A stretch of DNA of 64,000 bases from Gemmatimonadota bacterium (GTDB lineage: Bacteria > Gemmatimonadota > Gemmatimonadetes > Palauibacterales > Palauibacteraceae): contig OY762926.1 of assembly GCA_963666735.1 (NCBI GenBank), positions 2,048,001 to 2,112,000 of the forward strand, given 5' to 3'. This document shows, one piece after another, positions 48,877 to 57,031 of this stretch; positions within the stretch are counted from its first letter, which is position 1, and each line of letters starts with the position of its first letter. The position numbers were made by a program, and so were the translations under genes. Under the pieces are notes generated by a model that worked only from the letters and a program-made list of their open reading frames with translations, was not told the origin of the DNA and ran no database searches.

Positions 48877-49627
48877 GTGGGGGCGGGACCCGCTTCTGGC
48901 GTGCGCCGTCGCGGTCGCTGTGGCCGGGGCGGGCTGGACGCTCGATGGACGCACGGCGGCGGACGCGGCCGAACCCGGCGCGATCACGGGCCGCATCGTC
49001 GTGGCCGAGGGACAGGTGCGCTTCGCCGGCGAGGCGCCGGCCGGGGCGGAGATCGACATGTCCGCCGACGCCTACTGCCGAGACCAGCACGACGAGACTC
49101 TGATGGACCGTCCGGTGCGTGTCGGTTCGGGCGGCGGCCTGGCGGACGTGCTGGTGCGCGTCGTCAACGCGCCCGCATCGGGTGCGGCGCCGGAAGCCGA
49201 GGCCCTCCTCGACCAGGCCGGCTGTTTGTATGCGCCGCGGTCGGTGGCCGTGCGCGTGGGCCAGCCGCTCATCATCCGCAACAGCGACGCGACCCTTCAC
49301 AACGTCCGCGTCGTGCCTGCCTCGAACCCGGGATTCAACCTCGGCCAGCCCATCCGGGGGATTCAGAGCACTCGCTCGTTCGAGACATCGGAGGTCGGGA
49401 TTCAGGTTCGCTGCGACATCCACGGCTGGATGACGGCGTCGATCCACGTGATCGACCACGAATTCTTCGACATCACGGGCGAGGACGGGACGTTCGCGCT
49501 CCCGACGCTGCCGCCGGGAGACTACGAGATCGAAGCTTGGCATCCCACGCTGGGGACGGTGGCGGGCCGCGTCTCGGTAACCGCCGGGGAGACGCCTCCG
49601 TTGACGCTCGAGTTCTCTCCCAGCTAG
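48866..49627 (+). CDS. Exported cupredoxin-like protein with carboxypeptidase-regulatory-like C-terminus
   Basis: LDQ.GC.Y.P, NSD..LHNV, CDIHGWM (His...Cys-x2-His-x2-Met), LPPGDYEIEAWH. Confidence 0.78.
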   Translation: MAGRWGRDPLLACAVAVAVAGAGWTLDGRTAADAAEPGAITGRIVVAEGQVRFAGEAPAGAEIDMSADAYCRDQHDETLMDRPVRVGSGGGLADVLVRVVNAPASGAAPEAEALLDQAGCLYAPRSVAVRVGQPLIIRNSDATLHNVRVVPASNPGFNLGQPIRGIQSTRSFETSEVGIQVRCDIHGWMTASIHVIDHEFFDITGEDGTFALPTLPPGDYEIEAWHPTLGTVAGRVSVTAGETPPLTLEFSPS

Positions 49628-50265
49628 CGGATTTCGACGTAACGGGCGAGGCGCTCCACCTCGTCCTCGTCCACGTATTTTCCGATTTCGCGCCGGAACT
49701 GGGCCATCGACGCGTAAGGACGGTACTCCTCGAACTCGTGCAGCATCCGCGCGCCGACGCCGGGAATGCTCAGGATCGCCTCCTCGGAGGCTGAATTCAG
49801 ACCGATCCGTACGTAGACGTACTGGGCCAGCCGCGCGAGTTCCTCGTCATCCACATATTTTCCGATCTCGCGCTGGAACTGCGCCAGCGCCGCGTAGGGA
49901 CGGTACTCCTCGAACTCGTGCAGCATTCGGTTCCCGACACCGGGGATGAGCAGGATCTCGTCGTCCGTCACGTCGTTGAGGTCGATGGGGACGAACATCG
50001 CGCGGTACACGGCCTCGTGTCCTTCCGCGTCGACGTGCCCGGCCACGACGGCGTGCAGGTCGGCCATCCGCAGGAACGGCCGGGCTTCCATCAGGGCTCC
50101 GACCGCTTCCGCGTCCAGGCCCGGTACGACCGCAAGTTGCTCTTCGGTGGCGAGGTTCGGGTTGAGGAGACCAAGATTTTCGCCCACCTGGGCACGCGCG
50201 GGCGCCGCGGCCATCAGGACTGCGACGAGGGCGCCGACCGTGCTGGTCTGAATTCGCGATTTCAT
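49624..50265 (-). CDS. Exported helix-hairpin-helix (ComEA-like) repeat protein
   Basis: Signal peptide; three LN.A/V..E.L..IPG.G units, the last two nearly identical (IPGVG.RMLHEFEEYRPY...QF.REIGKYVD). Confidence 0.75.
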   Translation of the reverse strand: MKSRIQTSTVGALVAVLMAAAPARAQVGENLGLLNPNLATEEQLAVVPGLDAEAVGALMEARPFLRMADLHAVVAGHVDAEGHEAVYRAMFVPIDLNDVTDDEILLIPGVGNRMLHEFEEYRPYAALAQFQREIGKYVDDEELARLAQYVYVRIGLNSASEEAILSIPGVGARMLHEFEEYRPYASMAQFRREIGKYVDEDEVERLARYVEIR

Positions 50266-50741
50266 TCCGTTCCTCCGCTTTGCGGCGATCCCGGCTTCAT
50301 CAGGGCCGGATGGCGGAGCATCACAAGAAAACCCAGCAGGCCGAGTTGGATCATGTGACCGGGCGCCAATGCCGGCATGGCGCCCATGAGCACGTCGACC
50401 GCCAGGTCGAACCCGCCCACTGCGGGGTTCAGTTCTCGTTCGAACTCCACGTTGGATTTCAGATGCAGGTACATGCCGAGACCGCCTGCCGGCATGAAGA
50501 GCCACATCAGGTAACGGAACACCCGGAGGGCGCCGGGCGTGGCACGGATCGCCAGGACGACGCCACCCGCGAAACCCGCCCCCAGGAGCGCGATCGGCGT
50601 CCATTGCCACGGATCCTCGAAATGCTCGAGCAGGAGCAGTTCCGCCGCAGTGCCGCCACAGCCTATCAGGAAGAGTCCGAGCGCAAGACGCCGCCACAGG
50701 GGCGACAGACGATGCGGGTCGGGTGCCGTTTCGTTGGTCAT
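50262..50741 (-). CDS. Hypothetical 4-TM membrane protein
   Basis: Hydrophobic helices, ELLLLEH.ED.WQ, GMYLH..N.EFE.E, PALAPG; ATGA overlap with HhH gene. Confidence 0.7.
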   Translation of the reverse strand: MTNETAPDPHRLSPLWRRLALGLFLIGCGGTAAELLLLEHFEDPWQWTPIALLGAGFAGGVVLAIRATPGALRVFRYLMWLFMPAGGLGMYLHLKSNVEFERELNPAVGGFDLAVDVLMGAMPALAPGHMIQLGLLGFLVMLRHPALMKPGSPQSGGTE

Positions 50742-50794
50742 GCCCAAAGCTAGCGCGTAACGCCGGGCCTTCGGAAGCCGCGGTCTACTCCGTC

Positions 50795-52153
50795 TCATGG
50801 GGACTGACGGTCGACCTGTCGGGCCAGCGCCCGGACGCCGGGCGATGGCTCGACCCGGAAGGGAGCGCGGGCTGACACGAGCGCCCTTAATCCGTCCGGG
50901 AGCATCACCAGCGAGGATCGCACCCTGTCCCGAATCTCCTCCGGCGCTGGATCCGGCCGAGTTCGCGCTCCCGCCCGCATCGCCGGGACCAGGAGAGCTT
51001 CCCCGGCCAGTCTTTCGTCTTCGAGCCCCAGGACATCGCGCGCGAGATGACCGCGTTCGCAGGTGCGAAAGACCTGCTTTCGGCCCGGCCATGTCGCCTT
51101 CCCTTCCGAGCGCTTGCGGCGGGGCCGGCCGGCGTACTCCTGGAGCTTGTAGACGCTGTCGAGCGTCGGCGCGTCGGCGGAAACCGTAAGGGCGGCCCCG
51201 ACGCCGAATCCATCGATCGGGGCGTGAGCCAGCCGGGCCACGCCGTGCTCGTCGAGTGAACTGCTCGCGAAGATGCGGACGCCGGGACAGCCGCCTTCAT
51301 CCAGAATCCCGCGCACGCGCCGAGCGTGCGCCGCGAGATCGCCGGAATCCAGCCGCACAGCCTTGATCTCGATGCCTTCGGCGCGGAGACCGGGCGCGAT
51401 CTCGACGACCTTCGCCGCCGCCGCCCCGGTGTCGTAGGTGTCGATGAGCAGCACCACGTTCTCGGGATGGGCGCGGGCGAAGCGAATGAAGGCGTCGGCC
51501 TCGCTGTCGTGCGCCTGGATGAACGAATGGGCCATCGTGCCGAAGATCGGGATCCCCCAGCGCTGTCCCGCCAGCACGGTCGCGGTGCCGTCGAAGCCGG
51601 CGATGTAGGCGGCCCGGGCGGCGAGGAGCCCCGCTTCCGAGCCGTGTGCCCGCCGCAGGCCGAAGTCCACGAGCTGGGCCCCGGGGGCCGCGAGCGTGAA
51701 ACGGACCGCCCTCGAGGCGATGAGAGACGAGAAATTGATCAGCGAGATGAGGCGTGTCTCGACGAGTTGCGCCTGTGGAAGCGGTGCGGTCACTCGCAGC
51801 AGAGGTTCTTCCGGAAAGAAAACGGTACCCTCGGGCATGGCGTCCACGTCCCCGGTGAAGCGCAAACCCGCAAGCCAGTCGACGAAGCCGGGGGGGAAGC
51901 CGGGCTGCTTGCCCAGCCACTCGAGTTCGTCCGGCTCGAAACGCAGGCCTTCCAGATAGTCCAAGGCCTGAGCGAGGCCCGCGGCCAGCAAGAAATTGCG
52001 ATTCCGGGGGAGTCGGCGGACGAAGAACTCGAACACGGCCGTCTCGTGCATTCCGTGTTCCCAGTACGCCTTGAGCATGGTGAGCTGGTAGAGATCCGTG
52101 AGCAGGGCCCGGTCGTCCGCATCCCGCCCCCAGGCGGCCTCGGCATCCCCCAC
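50795..52153 (-). CDS. pncB: Nicotinate phosphoribosyltransferase
   Basis: LLTDLYQLTM, DFGLRRAHG, GTMAHSF, LIDTYD, VRLDSGD, VYKL. Confidence 0.93.
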   Translation of the reverse strand: MGDAEAAWGRDADDRALLTDLYQLTMLKAYWEHGMHETAVFEFFVRRLPRNRNFLLAAGLAQALDYLEGLRFEPDELEWLGKQPGFPPGFVDWLAGLRFTGDVDAMPEGTVFFPEEPLLRVTAPLPQAQLVETRLISLINFSSLIASRAVRFTLAAPGAQLVDFGLRRAHGSEAGLLAARAAYIAGFDGTATVLAGQRWGIPIFGTMAHSFIQAHDSEADAFIRFARAHPENVVLLIDTYDTGAAAAKVVEIAPGLRAEGIEIKAVRLDSGDLAAHARRVRGILDEGGCPGVRIFASSSLDEHGVARLAHAPIDGFGVGAALTVSADAPTLDSVYKLQEYAGRPRRKRSEGKATWPGRKQVFRTCERGHLARDVLGLEDERLAGEALLVPAMRAGARTRPDPAPEEIRDRVRSSLVMLPDGLRALVSARAPFRVEPSPGVRALARQVDRQSP

Positions 52154-52159
52154 CTCTTC

Positions 52160-52753
52160 CTATCCCCCTCGCAGGGCGGCGCGCGTGACAACGAAGTCCG
52201 CCCCCGCCTCCCGCATGCGCCCGACCGCGCGAGCGCCATCGCCGGACTCCGCCTCCACCGCACGCAGGGCATCCTCCAGCACGATCACGTCGAGACGCTC
52301 CCGACACGCATCGAGCACCGTGTTGAGCACGCAATAGTCGGTCGCCAGACCACCCACGAAGACGCGCTCCACCCCCTCCTTCGACAGCCGGGCCGCGAGG
52401 CCCGTCCCCGCGAACCCGGAATAGGCTTCCGCGTCCGAATACACCGCCTTCGACACGACCGCGGCCGAGGCCGGGAGCTTCAGCGCATCCGCGAACGCCG
52501 CGCCTTCAGTCCGCGAGACACAGTGGGATGGCCACAGCCCGCCTTGCTCGACGAACGAGCAGTGATCGGGCGGGTGCCAGTCGCGCGTGGCAAAGATCGG
52601 AAGACCCGCCTCCGAGAAAGCGCGGATCGCTTCGTTCAGCGGCGGGATCACCGCATCGCCTTCACGAACGGCGAGCGCGCCTCCGGGCAGGAAGTCCTTC
52701 TGCACGTCGACAACGATCAATGCGTCCCCCGGTTCGGGTGACCGGATCCGCAT
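52160..52753 (-). CDS. pncA: Nicotinamidase/pyrazinamidase
   Basis: ALIVVDVQ.DF.PGG.L, TRDWHP..H.SF, WPSHC, EAYSGF, GLATDYCV. Confidence 0.92.
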   Translation of the reverse strand: MRIRSPEPGDALIVVDVQKDFLPGGALAVREGDAVIPPLNEAIRAFSEAGLPIFATRDWHPPDHCSFVEQGGLWPSHCVSRTEGAAFADALKLPASAAVVSKAVYSDAEAYSGFAGTGLAARLSKEGVERVFVGGLATDYCVLNTVLDACRERLDVIVLEDALRAVEAESGDGARAVGRMREAGADFVVTRAALRGG

Positions 52754-52917
52754 CAGTTCTCCTTCCGGGTATTGCCGTTTGACGTCCACGGCTTCCAAAT
52801 CCTGCACCGGCGTCCGGCCTCACCTTAGCATGCGTTGCCGGGCGGGGCGAAACCGTGTTACCAGTGGCCTCCCGGCGGGGTTCCGCGCATCGTGAATTCG
52901 CTTTCAGGAGGTAGGGG

Positions 52918-53610
52918 ATGGGTCGTAGGGCGGTCGTCCTCCTCAGCGGTGGACTGGACTCGGCGACGGCGCTTGCGATCGCGGTGGAGCAGGCATACGA
53001 GCCTTATGCGCTCACGCTCCGCTATGGACAGAGACACGAGCGCGAGGTGGACGCCGCCTGTCGCATGGCGAAAGCGATGCGAGTGATCCGGCACGTGGTC
53101 GCCGACGTCGATCTGCGCGCGTTCGGGGGCTCGGCTCTCACCGCCGACCTGGAGGTACCCAAGAGCGGGCGCGCCGTGGCGGATTCCGAGGAGATCCCCG
53201 TCACGTACGTTCCGGCGCGGAACACGATCTTCCTCTCGATGGCTCTGGCGTGGGCGGAGGTTCTCCGGGCTTCGGACATCTTCATCGGTGTCAATGCCGT
53301 CGACTACAGCGGATATCCCGACTGCCGACCGGAGTTTCTCGATGCGTTCGAGGGACTGGCCGCCCTCGGTACCAAGGCGGGGGTCGAGGGGCGTCGGCCG
53401 TTCCGGATCCATGCACCTCTGATCGACCTCACCAAGGCGGAGATCATTCAGCGCGGGCTCGCGCTGGGCGTCGATTACGGGATGACACGGAGTTGCTACG
53501 ATCCCGATGAGTCGGACGCGGCCTGTGGAGAGTGTGACTCCTGCCGCCTGAGGCTCACGGGATTCGCGGCGGCGGGAGCCCGGGATGCGGCCCCGTATCA
53601 GCCCCGTTAG
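52918..53610 (+). CDS. queC: 7-cyano-7-deazaguanine synthase
   Basis: [40 protein letters not shown]. Confidence 0.95.
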   Translation: MGRRAVVLLSGGLDSATALAIAVEQAYEPYALTLRYGQRHEREVDAACRMAKAMRVIRHVVADVDLRAFGGSALTADLEVPKSGRAVADSEEIPVTYVPARNTIFLSMALAWAEVLRASDIFIGVNAVDYSGYPDCRPEFLDAFEGLAALGTKAGVEGRRPFRIHAPLIDLTKAEIIQRGLALGVDYGMTRSCYDPDESDAACGECDSCRLRLTGFAAAGARDAAPYQPR

Positions 53611-54343
53611 CGAGGGCGGCGCGGCGCCTTCGGCCAGGAGTGTCCGGGCTACGGTGGCTCCGGGTTCGGGCAGGTGTCTGTGAACCGTCCTCGCCATGCC
53701 GCGTGACCCGAACGAGCAACCGGTCGATGGTCGCGCGTTCGCCGGTTTCCTTGTTCATGGCATGAACGATTCGGCCACGCTGGCCGACCCACAGCGTATC
53801 TGCGCCGAATTGGCCGATGAACCAGCTCTGGAGCGTGTCGGCGGAGGCTTCATCGATCTCCGTGACGCGCGGTCCGTCCAGTATCCAGCAGCGCGCGCCG
53901 AAGCACACCGTGAACGCAAGCGCGACGCACGCGAGATTCACCGATTCATCGTCCCATGGGGGGTCATGCGGCCCGCCTGGGCTGCGAGGAGCCAGGTTTC
54001 CCGGGCCGGAGAGAACAGAATTCGCGTCATCCTTGTCAACCTTGCAGCGACTCGTACGCGATACACCGCAGTGCAAGCCGCGATGTCTCAACCTAGGAGA
54101 CGCCTCACGCTGTCACTAGTGTTGGATCGGAAACCGCCGAGCTAGCGAGAGTGCCGGGAGGGGGGGGCGCTGCCCGCGGCACCAGCGCGATGGAGGCGGA
54201 GCAGGAAACTGCGGGGGGATTGACTCACCTGCTTCGCAGATTCGTCGAGCTCGCGCCCGTTGGTCGCTCGGTTGGCTTCCTCCCGCTCCGCGGGACTCGC
54301 CGAGCTCGCTCCCTCCGGTCGCTCGGTTCGAACCCCTTCCTAG

Positions 54344-54425
54344 CGGAGAGGGGGGGATTCGAACCCCCAAGCCCGTGAGGGCGCCGGTTTTCGAGACCGG
54401 TGCATTGCCGTTCTGCCACCTCTCC
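54344..54425 (-). tRNA. tRNA-Ser(CGA)
   Basis: GGAGAGG acceptor, anticodon loop CT-CGA-AA, long variable arm, GGTTCGAATCC; CCA not encoded. Confidence 0.93.
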
Positions 54426-54484
54426 GAGTGCCGGCCACCGGGATGCTGGCGAAAGCCTGAGACACCCGGTACGCGCGACCGGGG

Positions 54485-54514
54485 AAGGTGCTCCGCGAGG
54501 GCTCCTGCTGTCAA
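54485..54514 (-). promoter_or_regulatory. Possible internal promoter for tRNA-Ser(CGA)
   Basis: Minus strand TTGACA-18 bp-CACCTT. Confidence 0.35.
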
Positions 54515-54838
54515 ACTTTCGGGGCTGCCGCGGAGTGTTGCGGCGGAGGGGGTGGGATGGACTCACCTGCTTCGCAGATTCGTCGAGCTCGCGCCCGTTG
54601 GTCGCTCGGTTGGCTTCCTCCCGCTCCGCGGGACTCGCCGAGCTCGCTCCCTATCGGTCGCTCGGTTCGAACCCACGAGGGGCAGCCTCTTCGGCCTGCC
54701 TCGTGGATACTGCTCAACGGACGGGGTGGGATTGGCTTCCTCCCGCTCCGCGGGACTCGCCGAGCTCGCTCCCTCCGGTCGCTCGGTTCGAACCCACGAG
54801 GGGCAGCCTCTTCGGCCTGCCTCGTGGATACTGCTCAA

Positions 54839-54926
54839 CGGACGGGGTGGGATTCGAACCCACGAGGCAGGGTTGCTGCCCACACGCTCTCCAGGCGTGC
54901 GCCTTAGTCCGCTCGGCCACCCGTCC
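54839..54926 (-). tRNA. tRNA-Ser(GGA)
   Basis: GGACGGG acceptor, loop CT-GGA-GA, long variable arm, GGTTCGAATCC; CCA not encoded. Confidence 0.93.
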
Positions 54927-54956
54927 AAAAAAAACGCCTCCGGGTGTGCCGGAGGT
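54927..54956 (-). terminator. Intrinsic-terminator-like hairpin + U8
   Basis: Minus strand CCTCCGG-cacac-CCGGAGG-cg-TTTTTTTT. Confidence 0.6.
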
Positions 54957-55080
54957 ATTGCTGCAGGCGGAGGGGGTGGGATTGACTCACCTGCTTCGCA
55001 GATTCGTCGAGCTCGCTCCCTTCGGTCGCTCGGTTCGAACCCACGCGACTCTTTCGAGTCGCCCACGCCTCCTTCTTAGG

Positions 55081-55166
55081 CGGAGGGGGTGGGATTCGAA
55101 CCCACGAGACTCTTTCGAGTCAACGCCTTAGCAGGGCGCCGCCTTAAGCCACTCGGCCACCCCTCC
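55081..55166 (-). tRNA. tRNA-Ser(GCT)
   Basis: GGAGGGG acceptor, loop CT-GCT-AA, variable arm GACTC-GAAA-GAGTC, GGTTCGAATCC. Confidence 0.93.
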
Positions 55167-55185
55167 GCAGGTGCTGCTGTGCTGA

Positions 55186-55258
55186 TTGGCCCGCCAGGAC
55201 TCGAACCTGGAATCTTCTGGTCCAGAGCCAGACGTGTTGCCAATTCCACCACGGGCCA
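55186..55258 (-). tRNA. tRNA-Gln(CTG)
   Basis: TGGCCCG/CGGGCCA acceptor with U1-A72, loop CT-CTG-GA, GGTTCGAGTCC. Confidence 0.93.
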
Positions 55259-55282
55259 ACGTCCCAGTGAGTTGGGCCGTCG

Positions 55283-55311
55283 ATAATACTTGTGGCGGGT
55301 CGCGGCTTCAA
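55283..55311 (-). promoter_or_regulatory. Sigma70 promoter of the tRNA operon
   Basis: Minus strand TTGAAG-17 bp-TATTAT, about 25 bp upstream of tRNA-Gln. Confidence 0.75.
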
Positions 55312-55403
55312 GCGCGACCCGCGTCTTCGGAGTGGGATGTCGGAGGTCCGGACGACTCCTGCCGGACCGGGGCGAGGTTGTGGGGGGGGGGTCGCCGAGG
55401 CGC

Positions 55404-55658
55404 CTATTCGTCGGGGCTGGAGCGTTCGCGAAGGTTGGGGAGATTGTCCAGTTCTTCCCTCACCCTTACAAGCGTCGGGTAACCGTCCCCGGAGCGGGGA
55501 GCGTTTTCGTCGGCCGCCGGGACGAGGTACCAGCGATCTGCGCGATCGTCAGGCCGATCCATGTAGTGCCCGCGCTCGATTCGGTACCCCGCGAGGTTGG
55601 CACGGAAGCGGAGCGCCCTCAGCATCACGCCGGGATCGAAGTTGGAGGAAGGCACCAT
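55404..55658 (-). CDS. Small hypothetical protein
   Basis: ATG 2 bp after the upstream stop; protein-like composition (GYRIERGHY, RWYLVP). Confidence 0.45.
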   Translation of the reverse strand: MVPSSNFDPGVMLRALRFRANLAGYRIERGHYMDRPDDRADRWYLVPAADENAPRSGDGYPTLVRVREELDNLPNLRERSSPDE

Positions 55659-55660
55659 CG

Positions 55661-55891
55661 CTACACCGGGCCGGAATCTGTGGACAACATCCGGATGCGC
55701 ACCTCGCACGACTTCCAGATGAATGGTACGGCGCGGCAGCGCGTCGTCGTCACGCGGGCTCCACTTTCGGAATAGTCGGCCGGATGGAGCGTGTGCGTCT
55801 TTGTCATTATGGCGGGGAAGCCCGGGACGCCGGTCAGCGCATCGAGTACGAGCAATCCTCCGACGATCAGCCAGATCTGTTTCTTCTTCAC
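55661..55891 (-). CDS. Small membrane-anchored/exported hypothetical protein
   Basis: GTG start, KKK + hydrophobic stretch, Cys pair. Confidence 0.5.
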   Translation of the reverse strand: MKKKQIWLIVGGLLVLDALTGVPGFPAIMTKTHTLHPADYSESGARVTTTRCRAVPFIWKSCEVRIRMLSTDSGPV

Positions 55892-55963
55892 AATCCCAAC
55901 AACTCCGTGGCGGGGCGACACCGGCAGTGCCCCTCCTAAACTAGGGGTTAATGCGCGCATGGG

Positions 55964-56953
55964 CTATGACCGCCCCGGGTGTGCCGCTCCGTACGAGGCG
56001 GATCCGCCGTGATCGCCTGCGGGCCGGTCCGTCCTGGAGAGGTACGTGCGGAGGCGTTCCATCTCCCTGGGCGCGAGGAGTGTGATCGGCACGGTCGGAG
56101 CCATGCCAGACGCATATCGGGACATCGGGACGAGTCGGTCATGAAAGATGATCGTTGCCGCAGCCACGGCTCGCTGCACTGCCTGCGCGTCGAGGTGCGG
56201 ATCGAGGGCCTTGAAGTTGATTCCGAGGGCAAAATCCCGCGCGGCGAGTTCCGCGGCGAACACGCGCACGGTCTCGCTTCGCGAGAGAAGCACGACGAAT
56301 CCGCGACGTATTCGACGGCGGACAAGTTCGCGCTCGCGGGTGCCCCCGGCAAGGGAAATGGGCACGCACTCGACGGTTCCGGATCGGCGCACCCGTGACA
56401 GCAACTCACGCCGCAGGACCACCGGGGAGTTCTCCGGTATCTTGCGGGCGGAGTCGATGGCGTGAACGACGAATCCGCAGGCATCTTCCAGTTCCGCGGC
56501 GAGTACGGCCCGCAGCCCGGCGCGAGGTTCGCATAGCGTCACCGGGTGCGGATCGGGGCTCCGCGCGCCGCCCACGATCCGTTCAAGTTCGTTGAGCAGC
56601 CGCCAACGCGAGAAGCCGCCCGCGTGCGCGCGCCTCAGCAGATCCAGGGCAGCCATCCTCGGCGCCATCTGCACGGCGGGCGACGGCCGGAGGGGACGCG
56701 GCCGTATGGACACGCGGGGGCGCTGTCCCTTTCCGAGTTCGATGAGGTTCCTCCGCCGCAGTCGCGCGAGCGCGGCTCCGACCGTCCCCCGGTCGACGCC
56801 GAGTCGACGCGCCATGTCTCGGGACGACGGAAGCGGGGCCCCGGGTCGCACGTGTCCATCCCGGATCCCTGCCTCCAGATCGGCCGCCAGTTGCCGGCGG
56901 AGCGGTATGTTGTGATCCCGCGAGAGCGGTGCGAGTCCGCCTCCACGCGCCAT
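55964..56953 (-). CDS. GntR-family transcriptional regulator with unrecognised C-terminal domain
   Basis: PLRRQL...I..G..RPG..LPSSR.MA..LGVDRGTV GntR wHTH; GGAGG upstream of ATG 56953. Confidence 0.8.
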   Translation of the reverse strand: MARGGGLAPLSRDHNIPLRRQLAADLEAGIRDGHVRPGAPLPSSRDMARRLGVDRGTVGAALARLRRRNLIELGKGQRPRVSIRPRPLRPSPAVQMAPRMAALDLLRRAHAGGFSRWRLLNELERIVGGARSPDPHPVTLCEPRAGLRAVLAAELEDACGFVVHAIDSARKIPENSPVVLRRELLSRVRRSGTVECVPISLAGGTRERELVRRRIRRGFVVLLSRSETVRVFAAELAARDFALGINFKALDPHLDAQAVQRAVAAATIIFHDRLVPMSRYASGMAPTVPITLLAPREMERLRTYLSRTDRPAGDHGGSASYGAAHPGRS

Positions 56954-57031
56954 GTGTCCGAGCCTCCATCCCTGGGGTCCCACTTGTCGGCCCTGTTGAC
57001 GGGAGTATGGCGACGGGGTCTCAACGGCGGA

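Larger units (their letters stand above)
54213..55050 (-). repeat. tRNA-Ser 3'-half duplicates interrupted at the T-loop by 52-56 bp palindromic units
   Basis: Unit A at 54222-54273, 54560-54611, 54984-55035; unit B at 54274-54328, 54612-54667, 54734-54788; always between GGGAT(T/G) and CGAACCC on the + strand. Confidence 0.9.

Noticed and set aside
52775..52791. NrtR operator upstream of pncA
   Set aside because: CCGT-N9-ACGG does not fit the GT-N7-AC spacing and no nrtR gene is nearby.
52918..53610. queC as part of a QatABCD or Dpd defence system
   Set aside because: Standard-length housekeeping QueC with no ATPase, TatD or dpd neighbours; no preQ1 riboswitch recognised upstream.
54213..55050. 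CRISPR array
   Set aside because: Repeats are 52-56 bp composite units, the intervening sequences are tRNA fragments rather than unique spacers, and no cas genes are present.
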